A DNA stretch of 64,000 nt from Vicugna vicugna (lineage: Eukaryota). Positions 26,377 to 40,430 of the stretch are shown in pieces. A program made the translations under genes and the position numbers. Below the pieces are notes generated by a model that did no database searches, was not told the origin of the DNA, and was given only the letters and a program-made list of their open reading frames with translations. The DNA is taken from contig MU058824.1 in the NCBI GenBank assembly GCA_013265495.1, forward strand, positions 1,763,111 through 1,827,110, in the 5' to 3' direction. Numbering within the stretch: the stretch's first letter is position 1; every line of letters starts with the position of its first letter.

Positions 26377-29300
26377 TGTTGCTGTTTTCTTTTAAAGTGT
26401 TAAGAGCAATGTAGGCCCATGTAGTCTCTTTTAAAATCTGTGTTGCCACTACTGGACGATTTTGGAGAGAAAGCTGGCAGCCAGAGATAAACAAGGGGAG
26501 GGACCTCTTAAAAGTGCTGCAGGTCACAGCCCACACCTTGGACTTTCAGGACTGCCTGGAGTCCCTAGGCAGTGGGACAGCACGTGGGCAGGAGGGAAGC
26601 CCCGGAGCACATGATGATGCTCCCCTGAGTCCTGCAGGTGATCACATTGGACTGACTTGTTAACGTTACCAGTAACCTCAACATGAGTTGTCCAGCAACT
26701 GATATGCGCAGAACATGTACTTGGTCTGAAAGATTCCATTTGAGAAGTGTGTGGTCAAGTCCCCAATACCCCAGGGGGTCTCTGGGGTGCTCAGCCATCT
26801 CTTCTCTCTGGGGTGGATCTGGAGGGCAGTCAGACCCCACGTGCTCCAGGACTCACCCAATTCGATCTTCCTACTCAAGAGATTTTTATCCAAGCCCCTC
26901 TCCTGCCCCCCTTCTTTATTCTGCCCTTCTGGGGGTTAAGGAGGTGAACTTAAGAGTCACAAGTCCCCCATGTGCCTAGCGTCAGGGTGCCTGGAGTCAG
27001 CTTCCAAAGAAGCTGAGCTGCTCAAAAGTCCTTGTGAGTGTGTTTTAGCAGTTTGTTCCCTCAAAAGTGTGCCCCCCTGGCATGAGGATGGTGACCGTGG
27101 CTTGTGTCCTGCTCACTAGGGAGGATGTGAAGCCCCTGAAGGCCCCTTCATTGCTGCATCAGCATGACTTCTGTGCCCTGGGGGCCTTGTGATCTCATGG
27201 GTGCCATGTGTGTCCAGCTTTCCTGGACAGTGGTGAGGCTGAGGGAGGGGCTGCTCTCAAGGCACTCTGAAGAAGCTAAGTGAAGAAAGTTGGGTTTCCT
27301 TCTCCCTTTTGTGCCCAGGTGCCCTCTCCAAGTTTAAGGAGACCATGATGATGGTAATGATGAAAATGGTACTTGATGGTAATGGTAATAATGAAAATAC
27401 CAACCGGGGGCCAGTTTGGTAACTTCTCATTTACACGGTGCTCTGGGCTCTCAGTGGCATCCCCGAGAGCTGAGACGCCCACCTTGGTCTCCCAACCGAG
27501 GAGAATCAGGGGGCAGAGCTCCACCCAAGTCCCTCCCGGGATCCCTCTCTCCAGGTCCTTGTCACTTGTGCCTGCCACCTGGGAACACATCCACTGGCCC
27601 AAGGTCTAGTCTTTGGTGTAGAGACGTGAGGCCCAGCCCTTGGAGAGTCTCTGCCTCTCAGAAAAGAGTTCCTGACACCTCACCTTGCTCATAAGCCAAA
27701 TGCTGTCAGAGCACAGGTGCTTCCTGGAGTTTGCCCTGAATCCTCCAAACGCTGGGTGACACAGGCTAGGGAACCAGAACGGGGACATCCCCCACACCCG
27801 GTGTTTTCTTTTAATGAAGCTTGACATTCTGCTCTGGGAGTCGCGCTCATTTGTGTGAGAGGAAGGCTGTCCTGGGAAGCCTGGCAAGGCGGTATGAATA
27901 AATCATAAAGCGCTTTACAAATCAGCATTAGCTGGAACACGAGGGCTCTGAAGATGCTCCGGCCTGCTTCTCCCCGCCCCAAGGATTCATTTATTTGCAG
28001 TAAGGGCTGTTGCAGAGGCTCTGCAAAGGGGAGCTCACATTCCTGACTGTGACGGGGAGGGGAGGCATAGATTAACTACTCTGGATTGAATTGGGTCAGC
28101 ACGAATGTGTACATGGGTTAGGACCGGGATCACTTATTTAATAGTTCCCAATATTGCTCAGAAGGGGAACTGAAAGCTCTCAAATTTGGAGTCTAAGTGC
28201 CAGCCCCCAATGGGTGCAATTTGGATTGTCCTCCACCTGCTATTCCAGGGGGCTCAGCTCCTTTATTTCACGTCGTGCCTTGGATTCTCCTCTCTGGGCC
28301 TGGAAGATTCTCACAGTAAACTTCCAGAGTTGGGAGATGGAGATGGAAGCAGAGCCGCCTAGCCCAGTGAGCACAGATCTTCAACAGCCGGGGTTTGACT
28401 CCCACATCCTACACTTCCTACCTCCTGGCGGTGGTGGGTGACTTACCTCTCTGAGCTTCAGTTTTGTAATGTATAAAATGAGCATGATGAATCCCCATGC
28501 AGGATCATGGAGTGGTTTGAACAACTATTCAGAGGAGCTGCCTGGAACATAAGGCAAGTGTAGGGTCAAGGGAGAAGGCATCTTTCTCCCCTTCACAGTG
28601 TAATCTCCTGGTATCCCAGGAAATCTTACTGGACAAGGGATAAAGTGGAACATGAAGCCAGCTTCAGATGTGGAGCAATTGAAGTCACAGTTCAGTCTGT
28701 TCTGCTGCCATATGAATACGACTTTTTTTCCCCTTTTGGTTTTCAATATAGAAACTAAACACAACGATAAACCGTGAACGTTCCCTTAGGAAGAAACCTG
28801 TGACAATCACTAGATGGTCTGCTCAGAAGACAGCGGGGTGGGCGCCCGTGTGAGCATGCACACACACGCACGTACGCACACAGAGCTAGGGAAGCAGTTA
28901 CACTTGGTTCCCATCCCCCGCTCCCTCTGACCCTTTCAGGCATCTTCCCAGCCTAGTTTCAGCAAGTCTTGCAAACAGCTCCAGCTACACCGTGCTGTCT
29001 CCCTGGACACTGTGTGGGTAGTGGAATCACCATAGCAACTTGGCCCCTGTGGGCACAGAGATGCCTAGGAGGACCGCGCTGGGCGTGGGCCAGAGCCCCA
29101 GTGCCAGGGGGATGGGAGGGCCTGCTTCCAGCTTAGGAGACTCTGGAATTCCAGTCCCTGGCAGCCCAGAGAGGGAGCTGGTGGGTGAGGAAGGGAAAAG
29201 GTACTTGCCTTCCTTGTGGAATCCTAGGCAGAAAGCCACACACGAGCATGGAAGAAGGCACACTGCAGTGAGGACGAGAAGACCGTTGATCAAAGGTGGG

Positions 29301-29755
29301 CCTTGGGTCCCGGCACAGGTCTCAGCAGCTTCTGGGGTGCTCAGAGCAATCCTGGGGGTGGAGATGGTCAGCAGAGCCCTGTTAACTCCCCAAGCCTGTG
29401 CCCTCATAAAACTCAGCACTCTCTGCTCTGACCTACGAAGAGCCAGCCGCCACGTGCTGCCTTCCCTTCAGTCGCCAAAACTGCCTGACAAAGGTCAGGT
29501 TCACTATCCCCACTTCACAGGAGAGAAAACCGAAACTCTGTCACACATGCGAGCTGTCAGGACTGAGGTTTGGAACTAGCCATGTTGAACTACAAAGATA
29601 TCTGAGACATTTCATTCATTTTTTTAGGAAATTTTTTTGTTGTTGTTAGCTGGTTTATACCAGGAAAAACAGGTCAACTAAATTCTTAGGGATGTGGTCA
29701 ACATTTATCCCAACCAAAATTTTTGTCCATTCAGACTTTTTAAAATTGGGTTATA

Positions 29756-30108
29756 TAGTCATCCCTTCACAGTATTCATAGGGAATTGGTTCCAAGAACT
29801 CCCGCAGCTACCAAAATCCAAGGATGTTCAAGTCCCTTATATAAAATGCTGTGATATTTGCATATAACCTACGCAGTCCTCGTGTATGCTTTAAATCATC
29901 TCTAGATTACTTACGATACCTAATACAATGTAAGTGCTATGTAAGGAGTTGTAAATCCAATGTAAATGCTATGTAAATAGTTGCTGGTGCTCCAAATCCA
30001 AGTTTTGCTTTTGGGGACTTTCTGGAATTTTTTGAAAAAATATTTTCAATTTGCTCCCTGTTGGTTGAATCCGCAGATGTGGAACCCACAGATAGGGAGA
30101 CTTGACTG
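29756..30108 (+). mobile_element. MER2/MER2B TcMar-Tigger DNA transposon
   Basis: TA on both flanks, (c/t)agtc...gactg termini, internal ccaaaatccaaggatgttcaagtcccttatataaaatg and ttggttgaatccgcagatgtggaaccc. Confidence 0.85.
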
Positions 30109-30199
30109 TAATTCGTATACCATAACATGTACCCTATTAAGATGTATATATAATTCAGTTGTCTTAGTATATCTATTCATTCATTTTTGATACGTCCCC

Positions 30200-30440
30200 A
30201 AAGTATATCAGAGTGCCTGGCATATAAGACAATTTCAGTTTGACTGCTCACTTTCAAATCCCAATGACACTACTTCCCAGCTATGTGACTTGAAGTTACT
30301 TACCATCTCCTCTTTAGTTTAGTTTACTCCTCTGTAAAATGGCCATAATCATAGGGTTGTGAAGATTAAATGAGATGGTACATTAAAGCACTTGGCGCCT
30401 GCCACATAGGAAGGTTCAATAAACGTTAGCCATAATCATT
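30200..30440 (+). mobile_element. MIR SINE
   Basis: ctctgtaaaatggccataatcatagggttgtgaagattaaatgagat...tcaataaacgttagc. Confidence 0.8.
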
Positions 30441-30904
30441 ATGAATGAATGAATGGAATGAGTGAATGATGGGCCTACATCTGGATAGTTGTGTTCACCT
30501 GTGAACACTGCTAAGAGAGGTGCTGATAGAGCAGGGTAAACTTGGCATGAAGAGGAGCCTGGAGAATTGGGGTTGGCCCTTGTTGATTGGGCGTGGGTAC
30601 GTCCGTGGCAGCTCCTGGCCTTACATGCCCTTGCTCTTTTAGAACTGGGTCAGGAACAGATTCAGGGCCTTCCCAAGTCAAAGCCAAGCTGCAACACCTC
30701 TGCAACCTTGAGTGTTGGAAGGGGCCTCAGGGCGGGCTGTGAGGGAGGTAAGAATGACGTGGGTGGGACCTCTGAGGGCGCGTGGACATGAGTCCCCAGT
30801 CATTGGAATCTGTCGTGAGAATTAGGAGAAGCCAGTTCAGCCCTGGGCTCAGCTTTATTTCTCATCTGCCTCTGCTTGCTGAGAATCCTGACTCTTTTAT
30901 TTAT

Positions 30905-31120
30905 TTCTCTTTTTTTTAACTTTTTATTAAAGTAAATATAGATATACACATACACATTTCATAAGTGTATAGCTCAATGAATTGTCACAGATTGGACTCA
31001 ATTGTGAATCCAGATGAAGAAAACAGGCCATAACCAGCATCCCCGAAGCCCTTCCTGTCCCCTTCCTATCAGCACCCCCCTCCCAAGAGTAGCCACCATC
31101 CTGACTTCCACCTGCACAGA
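30905..31120 (-). mobile_element. Old L1M 3' end fragment
   Basis: polyT, ataagtgtatagctcaatgaatt, tagccaccatcctgacttc. Confidence 0.6.
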
Positions 31121-34100
31121 CAGCGCTGCTTAGAGGGCACGTGAATCATCTGGAGCCCTTGGCTCAGATCCCTGCTAGGGCCCCAGGGGAGTCCACCTTG
31201 CCCTCTAGGGGGTGCTTACCCCGGTGTGGGTCTGGGGTCTCAAAGCTGCCTCCAGGCGAAGAAGCAGATTCCATCTCAGCAGGTGTGGGATGAGTTGGAG
31301 ATGCTACAGCTCTAACAAGCTGCCAGGTGATGTGGATACTGCATCCACAGACCACACAGTAGCGAGGTCAGGATTAGGACCCATGCTTTATTTTTGAGTT
31401 TGTCTCTCGGAGACTGATGATGTAAGAGAAATGGAAGCACCAGAAGCCTTGTTCCATGAGGATCGGCTGGAGTAGGAAGAGGGATCCTGGGCCTCCACCC
31501 TGGAATCCCAGGAAGCAGGGCTGTCCCATCACAGGAGGCAGGGCTGGATTCTAGGGCCTGAAGCACATTCTCACCATCTGCTCACAAGAGGTGTATGAAT
31601 GAGCTCTGGATGGGCAGCTGCTGGAAAGGATGGAGTCGTGGCGGCCCAGATACTGATTGGGAAGCATGACGTCTTCTTCCAGCCCTCCCAGAGATGCTAG
31701 GATTTTATAACTCTGTCTCAAAAGTCAAAGGCTACCTGGGAACACCCACTGGCCTCCCAGTAAATTCAAGCCTAGTAGGAATTAGAAATTAGTGATGTCT
31801 TCATTTAAATGACCATAAATATCTGTGGGTTTTTTTTTTGTTTTGTTTTGTTTGTTTGTTTTTTTTTGCTCAGGGATTTCTTTCTGAGACAGTTGAGAGA
31901 TAACCTGATGTAATAATGTAGTTTGGAGGCTGTTTCAGCATGTCATCCCATGCTTTGGTGACTGGCCATGGTAAAGTACTTTGTACTGGCCTTTTAGCTC
32001 CAGACAACAACGCCTTTCCCTCCGCCTCGTAGTAATGGAGCTCTGGGGCTTGTTTTTGGATAGTCGGGGTCTTCCTTACCCATCTTCTCACTATTGATTA
32101 CCTGGGGTGAACAGTCAGAATGAAACAAAAGGCCCTTTTAGGAACCTTTCTGGACAGCGGGAAAGCAGCTTACCCTGCAGCATCCAGCCACCTGCCAGGG
32201 CTTCCTCCGCCCTCTGACTTCCTGGCCTGGGGCCCACATGCCAGAGACCTGGAGCCTGGCAGCCCCAGTCGTCTGTCAGAACAGACCTGCAAGAGAGGCT
32301 GTGTGTCCCTTTCCTGCTAGTCCCCAAAAGAGCCATGAAAGCCCTTCACTCTGCCAGGCAGGCCTTCCCAAAATCGATTGAACAAGTGGCTGAGCAGAAC
32401 TATTCCGGGCATAGATTTTTCCTTCCGTCTGGAGATGTGCTCTAATTGTTTTTCCCTTTTTTATAGTCGAGACTGAGATGGGCATTGCCTGGCTAAAGTT
32501 CCCCTCCCCCATGGATGCATGTCAGGGCTGTGTGAGAGGGGCCAGGAACTTTATGGCTGAAGAGAGAAAAGGAAAGACATTAACGTTAGAAGAGTAAATA
32601 TGTTCAAGACTTTGGGAGAGGAAGCGAAGTAGCTGTTTGTCTTGTGATGATGAATCAGTGGAGGCTTGTATTAGAGTCGACATTTTGGAAACAGAATCAT
32701 TAGAGCCCACAGAACCTCCTAGTTGATTTGGCATCATAGAGCTACGCGGAAGGTAGATCATCAAATGAAACGTCGTTCAGTGCTGGAAATGCCCGTATAG
32801 TACCATGACAGGGAGTCCTCCAGGCTCTGCTTAAATCCATGTGGTGATGGGGAGCTCACTACCTCACAGACAGAATATTGCATTGGGAGGAAGGGACCAC
32901 CGAGACCATAAACTCGGCCTCTTTTGCCGTCCAGAACTCCAGTTCTCTGTGTGCTCTTCCTTTCCTGTGCTTGTTCGGGCTCGACTTGTACGTTTTAGGT
33001 GACAGATGGTCCATTACCTCCTAAGCAGGCCCACCCAGCCCAATCACCCCTCAAACCAGAGATTTAAAGGTGGACTGTGTAGGATCCACCTCCCAGTAGT
33101 ACCATTTCATGGGAGAGGCAGGCAGGTTATCAGATAGACATCTCAGTGTGACCAGCACAACAGAAACATGCATGAGGGCAAGGTCTCGAGGAGGAGGCAG
33201 CTGTGACCTCCTTGTAAGGTCTGGGAGGGCTTCTCAGAGAAGGTGGTCCATGAGTCTGGTTTTCAGAGGACAAATGAGAATTTGTAAAGGAGTTTAGAGA
33301 GAAGATGGCATTTTGAATGGAGGAAATAGCCGGTGCCAGGCCCACAGTGTGAGCCAGTGTGATATGTGGGGACATTTAAACAGCATAGAATTTCTTGGAA
33401 GTGAAATGCTATGTGAGGAATGACAGGAGGGGTACTGTGGGGTGGGGCACACCCTGCTAAGAATCTGGAGTTCAGCCTGCAGGCTCAGTGGGGCAGTGAA
33501 GGGTTTAAATCCAGGGAGACTTGCTTAGATTTGCACTGAAGAACAGTCTCTCTGGGTGTCGGATGAGCAGGAAGTGAGGGAGAGAAGGGAAGACCAGCTG
33601 GAGGATCCCCCAGCTGTCCAGTGAACAGTGGTAAGGAAGCCATGGACAAAAAGCAGATATTGATCAAGAACCTCAGCCCTTTACACCACCTTTTTTCATC
33701 TCTTCAGCACAACCACTCCGTGAAGTCAGAGGCATTATTATTATCCCATTTCACAGATGAGGGGATCAAGGCTCAAAGAGGTCGTGTGACCTGCTCCAGG
33801 TTCACGTAGATAGTGAATGACAAAGCCAGGACCTGAACCCATGTCAGTCTGCCTCCAGAGGCCCTGCTGAAATGACAAATCTGGATGGCACCCCGGGAAC
33901 ACAGAGGAAGGGAGTACTCACGAGAGACAGGGGATGAGATGGCCGTGAGGCACAGCCCTGGCCACAAACAGAGCCCACCCCCGTGCTTCACAGGGAGAGA
34001 CTCCCGTGCAGGGACTACCTGCAGAGGTGTAGGTGGGGTTAAGGAAGCAAACACAGGTGTTGAGGCCACCACACAGGAAGCCCTTGCCACTCCTGGGCCT

Positions 34101-35147
34101 GCAAAAGCAGAGAGAGGAGTGTCTCCCTGAGCCCAGACAGGGCCAGGACCGTGTGAGGGGCCCAGAGACACAGCACAGAAGCAGTGGCCGCAGGAAGCAC
34201 ATACCCATCTTCTCTCTCCTAGCACCTGCCAGTCTCCTGATCGTGCCTTCCAGATCCAGCTGGAAGCCAGGAGGTCATGGAGCCCGAGAGGCACAGGCAT
34301 GGGGCTCCACCTGTCAGAGCATGGGAAGGGCAGAGAACTGCTCTGGGGGTGGTGCAGCAGAGGGAAATGGGCTTGGGGGCCGAATAGGAGACTGAGGGTG
34401 AGAGGAGGTTCCCAGGAGGGCTTTCAGGTCCCTAACTTAGGTGACAGACAGTAGTGGCACCATCCCTGAGTCAGGAGGAAATGGAGCTGCTCAACAGAAG
34501 GGCTCATGGGCTCAGCTTGGGCTCTGGAGTGTGAAGGTTTTATGGGACACCTAAGTGTCACTTAGGTTTCCAGTGACAGTGGCATATCCAGGTCTGGAGC
34601 TCAGAAGTGAGGTAGGAGCTGGGGAAGAGCTAAGGGAATTATCAGCACAAAGAAAAGGATTGAAGCCTAAGGGTGGGAGTGATAACCCAGGGAGAGCCCT
34701 TTTAGGACAAAGAGGGTCCAGTACTGAACCCCAGGGTCCATTTCCATCCTAAAAAGATAGTGGAGGAGTGGAGAGAGACATAAGACCTCCTTTTGCAGCG
34801 GCCTAGGCCAGGGATGACCCTGAGCGAGGCAGTCTGACATGGGCGGCTCTGCTGGTGGGGGTTCCACTGTCCTGCTTTCAGAATATTTCTTCTAGTGTTG
34901 TTTCATCGTTGTCTGAAGAGCTTTCTCCAAATGGGATGTGAACCACTGGGATCATCTTGTAGAAGAATATATTACAGCTTTTATTTACTTTTTATGTAGA
35001 AAAAATGAAAGAAATTAAACTGTACTAAGATTTAATACTCGGGCTGACACTGGGGCTCAGTGGGTGTGTCTGGTGGTCTTGTGCAGGAGCTCTCCTGAGA
35101 ACAGAGTGGTGAGTCAGTCCGTGACACCAGCCAGCCACGGGGCATTG

Positions 35148-35684
35148 TGTCCAGGGTCTGCAAGACAGCCCCCAGTTCAGTGATTCACTAGGACTCGGCA
35201 TATAATAGTCCTCACGGTAATGATTAATCACAGAGAAAGAACATAAAGCAAAATCAGCAAAGCAGAAAAGGCACATGGGGCGAAGTCAGGGGGAATCAGG
35301 TGCAAGCGTCCAGGAGCCTTTCCCAGTGGAGTCACACAGGACGCACTCAATTCCCCAGCAATGAATTGTGACAACACATGAAATATGTACCAGGGATGCT
35401 CACTAGACACTCAGCGCCCAGGGTATTTACCGGGGGCCGGTCACCAAGGTACCTTATGCTGAGCACACAGCACGATACCAGGCTCCCAGAAGGAAGGCAG
35501 GTGTGCAGCATAAACCACACCGCTGGCACAAACCGTTTGTTCAGGCACAGAGTCACTCTTGTCATTGAGGGAATGGGGAAAACTCTCCCCAAATCCAAAT
35601 TCTCAGACGCCAGCTGGAGGGCCCACTTTGCCAGCAGGGCTTTGAAAGCTCACCTTTTCTGCTAGGTTAGCTCCTTTCTGCCCA
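35148..35684 (-). mobile_element. MER21-family LTR
   Basis: cccccagttcagtgattcactag...aagcaaaatcagcaaag...cccagtggagtcacacaggacgcactcaattccccagcaatgaattgtgacaacac...gctaggttagctcctttctgccca matches antisense MER21 as recalled. Confidence 0.8.
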
Positions 35685-38463
35685 GGCGTCCTCACCCGTT
35701 CTTTGCTTTCAGTCTATGGCAACATACTGCCATGTCCAGATGCCAGGTTAAGTTTGTGTTATTGTGTCTTAACTAACTTTATCTCATTGATATGACTGAG
35801 TTCTAAGGAATTGGGCCCTACAAAATAGATCAGTGGCCTGGAAACGATTACTCCAAAGAAAACATAAGTCAAAGCAAATATAGTAACGTGAAGCACATTG
35901 GGGTGATACTTTATAGGAGGTCATTGTCTGCCACATTATGAGGTAAAAGTAATGATGTTATTTCATTTCTTACCATCCTTTTTTAAATGTCCACCTTCTG
36001 TATATGTTCATGTTTAAAATTGTTTTTCTGATAAGAGAATATGATCAAAACGCTTGGAGGCCATCGGCCAGAACAACCGTGGCAACCATTAGCTCTGAAA
36101 GTGTGCTGAGATCAGCGAGGAGAGTGTTCTCAGGCCGGCCAGCCCCGCCCACAGATGTGTCCTGTCCCTCTGACCGCTGCCTCCAGGGCAGGGAAGAACC
36201 TGATTGGGGTCAAGGAGGCTGAGGAGGAGCAGGCATGATGTGAGGGAAAGAGGGCTGCAATGAGTGGCATGGTTGAGAGAAATACCTTAAACACCCTGAG
36301 TCTCAGTTTCTTCACCTGCAAAGGGGTTTTCTCACTCAACTGATGGATTCAGAAAATCACCTTGGTGTTGGTTGTTGCTGTGGTTTTATTTGTGTGTTTT
36401 TATCATTATATACTAAATTTCTGGCCTAGTAATACTTACCGGATGAACAGATGAACAAATAAATGAATGAATGAATGAATGAGATGATCTGTAAGGTCCT
36501 TTGCAACTCTGACAGACTAGGAAAGTGTGATCCGGTCATTGAATAAGGTCTAAATTCCCAGTAATTGTCTCCTTCCCAGTCCCTGTTCTGTTTACTTTTT
36601 CTTGCATCCCTGTATTTTAATACGAGTGATGATGTGGCCCTCCAAGACCTTCTTTAAAGTACTGTGATTCATTCTTGCCTGTCAGAAATTTTTGAAATTT
36701 AAAAAAAGAAGAAGGTTAGGTCCCCACCTGTGCCATTGTCAGCATTCACACCTCAGATGTCTGTGTTTCTGAGCGACTGCTGTAACGCTGCTGGTCTTTC
36801 TTACGGGGTCGGCCTTGCCTCTACCCAGCCAGTTCCTATTTTTACAAATCAAATGGAAAGGGAAAGTGTTCTGTCTCTGGAAAGCTGGAGAGCCAAGTCA
36901 CTGGAATAGAAAGGCAGGGTGAAGGGACTCCGTGAAGGGAGTGTGTCTGGGAACCTCCTACCTAACTGCCCGCAGCCTGGGGCTGGACGGGGCCATTTGA
37001 GGCCGGGCAAACCTGCTTGGCTGACTCCTCTGGACACGGAGGCCCTGGCTATCTGCTCCAGCCTGCTGTCTCTCTCTCCCTACCATATCCCTACCATATC
37101 CCTCTTCCTGCTGTGTTCAGTGGAGGAGGCTCAGGGACCTTTCAGAGAGAATTTAGCTCAGCAGAGCTGAGGAGAGCAGAAGAAAGACCACAGCTGAGAA
37201 CTGGAGCTCACAGAGCACGCAGCCTTTTTGTCCCAGGGAGTGGGAGGCCCCAGAACTCAGTGGTGCACAGCTGAGGGCTGGGCCATGATATGGGGTCCAG
37301 CCTGGAGCTGGGGAATCTCCAGGGTCTTGGAGAGTGTCCAGACCAGCCAGCGACGTTAGAATTGGGAGGGGCTGGGGTCTGGCCAAGGTGGTAGTGCAGG
37401 TGGAGAGTGGGCACCTGGGAGGCCTCCAAGACCTAATATATGGCGGCTGGCCATCCCAGCCTGCGTGAATCAGGCTGTAGGCTCCTATCAGGGCTGATAG
37501 TTCCCAGCAGCCACCGGCCCAGGGCTAGAGATCGAGGCACACTTTAGTCCTGGGGAACAGGTAAGAGCCAGATAGGACGTTAGTCGTGAGCAGGAAGCCA
37601 AGGTCTGAATGTGGGTTCAGTGGCCAGGCTGGCCTGGTGCTGAGTTACCAGACTCCTGAGGTCACACAGAATGATAGGCCATGGGGGGCTGGGACTGGGG
37701 GCTGAGCAGCAGGACCCAGGCAACATCATTCCTGTCTTTCTCCAAAGGCCCAAGGAAACAGGCCCCTGCTGGGAGTGGGAAGGTCACAGCTCTTCCCCCT
37801 GGCCTTCCTCCTAACTGAGCCCCTCATGATGGCCATGAGCTGAGCTGGTGCAGCTGCCAGTCAGGTGTCCCCAAGGCCAGCTCTGGCCAAGTCCTGCACT
37901 GCTCTACCAGAGTGGTGGGGTTGCTAGCACTGGAGAAGAGCCATGCAGGCTTGTTGTCCTGCCCAGTCTCAGCCCCTGGGGCCCAGTGCCCTTCCCTACC
38001 CGCGGCCCACAACCCAGGAGCTGGGAGGTTCCTGGAGCCACCTGGTCTCCTAGAGACTCAGGTGAGGAGACAGAAATCAGTGATTATGTTCACCTCTGCA
38101 GGCATGTCTCCCCACATTAGAAGGCTGTCAAGGAAGGTGAGGGAAGACCAGAGAGCTGGCCTGAAACAGCTTTGTGACCCCTCAGTGGTCCTGGGGGCCC
38201 TCTGTGCCTCTCTCTATGACTGGTTCCCTCTGGGCTGTGGGCCCATCAAAGGCAGGATTTGACTCTCATGTGCTTCTGCGCCCAGGGGCCTGGGTCTGGC
38301 AAGTGGCCGGTAGAACCAAACGTCTATCAGATTGAAACGTGATTGAAGGACCATTGGTGCTGGTAAAACTCTACAGTATGTAAAGTAGAGCAACACCATT
38401 TAGAGTCCCCTTGTTGGAGCCACCTGGGAGATTTTAATGCCTCTGTTTTCTCACCGCCTCTAG

Positions 38464-38601
<138 letters not shown>

Positions 38602-40094
38602 TAATATTCAATTCGTATTTATTTAATGAAGATTTGTTAGGCACCTACTATGTGCCAGGCACTGGGCTATTTGCTTTGGATTCAAGCTACACACAACCTT
38701 TCCCACCTCCCGACTCCCACCCCCAACACCTTCAGGCTCCTGGGGAAATCAGACAGCTAACAAAGCGTTTACAATGCAAGATGATAGGGGCTGGTTGGGT
38801 GCATATGGGGGAAACTGGGGTACAGCACTCAGGGAAGGCTTCCTGTAGGAAGCGATGGCTATGCTAAGACCTGGAGGGTGACTGAGAGGCAGAGGCTGGG
38901 GAGTTTTCAAGCCCCATAGAGGGAACCGTGTGCACGGAGGCTTGGGGGATGGGGATGGGTTTGTGGAGACAGAGTACAAGAGGGGGCTTCAGGGGAAAGC
39001 AGGAGGTACGGAATCTCAACTTTAACTTATGGGCAATGAAGAGCCCTTGAAAGAGGGGAGTAGAAACAGAAGCAGAGGCCTGATTTAATGCTTCCATTTT
39101 CGAAGAGGCCCTAGAGGACAGGAGCCCTCTGCCTTCGTGTGGGAGGAAAGCATTTGCCACCCGTGTGGTTGGCTCTAACCATCGTGTTGATTAAGCTTGA
39201 CTCTTAGGATGTAGTCATAGCGAAACTTTCTCCAAACTGTCATTTTAACCCTTCTGGTGGCTGGTGCTCTTTTTCTCTTGCTCCTGGTTAAAAATTCGGG
39301 CAAGTCTAATGGCTTTGAGGTTCTCTGGTCAACAACTAATATATGTGGAGTCCATCGTAATATTCAAAACTTTAAACTACATTCCAAGGCACTGCACTGC
39401 TTCTCCCGCCCCAGACCATCCTGAAGCAGCTGGCCACTTGCCCTGGGAGAGGGGTGTGAGTGGGCTGCTTCTCTCTTTTACTAGCCTGAGTTTTTTCCCC
39501 GTTATCCCATTCCCAAGGTTTCCTGGACCCTCCAGAGTTGGAGTTTGGAGTGGTGGACAGGGCGGGAAAGACCTTATTTGCCAGGAGCGGCATTGGGCTT
39601 GCTGGGCCTGGCAGAGGTTAAGTAGGCCCTTTAGGCTCTCATGGGGTCTTTTTGTGGGGTTTTCAAAGCCCCTCATTACTGGGACTCTGTCCTGCGGTGC
39701 CCCTGACATGGGTGAAATACTTCCCCAGTTGGCCATTTGTGGCTCCTTTCCCAGGCACGTGGCAGTTCCCCAACTCCTGGGCTCCCTGGTCCCCCCAGCT
39801 TGTCTTGGACACAGCTCTCCCTCAGCTGGGCCCACATCCGGTGCTCAGGAAACACTCCGACATCCTTCGCTCCTGTAAACTCAGGGACTGCTGTTGGTCC
39901 CACTGGAGCAGCTTCGCCTCTTCTGCTCCACCCGGGGCTCCATTTAGAGGGAGGAAAGAGCTCAGCTCTGCCACCCCACTGCCTGTGCTCACCTGGAAGG
40001 CCCTCCCCTCGCTGGGCCTCAGCAGCATTTGTGACAACTCCTTCCTGTCTGTAAGATGAGGAGCCTGGCCGCCTGGTCCTTCTCAGACCTGACT

Positions 40095-40430
40095 GCACTT
40101 TATAATCAAATGGGAGCTTTTAAAAACGGCAAGTAACCCAGCCCAGGCCAGCTGAAACCACATCTCCCGGGCTGGAGCTGAGCATCAGGAGTTATTAGAC
40201 TTCCCCAGGGGACTCTAATATGCAGCCAGGGTGGAAGACCTGTGGTCTAGATCAGAGCTACTCAGAGTGCGGGCTGGACCAGCAGGATCATGGGCATCAC
40301 CAGGAAGCTTGTTAGAAATGCAAATTTTTAGGACCCACCCCAGCCCTAAGAATCGGATCCTGGGGTGGAGCCCAGAAACACGTGTTTTCACCAGCCCTCT
40401 CTGTGAAGCTGATGCTAGCCAAAGTTTGAC
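40095..40430. mobile_element. Two adjacent MER5-family (hAT-Charlie) elements
   Basis: ttccccaggggactctaatatgcagccaggg; gcatcaccaggaagcttgttagaaatgcaaatttttaggacccaccccag. Confidence 0.75.

Noticed and set aside
26090..26536. 148-aa ORF as an independent gene
   Set aside because: C-terminal part is L1 ORF2p; the N-terminal part is read-in from flanking DNA.
37077..37103. Short tandem duplications (tccctaccata x2; similar 10-11-mers near 8769, 44228 and 54569)
   Set aside because: Ordinary slippage duplications of two units with no array structure.
39264..40098. Cluster of long overlapping ORFs on both strands
   Set aside because: GC-rich stop-poor intron; no start context or protein family resemblance.
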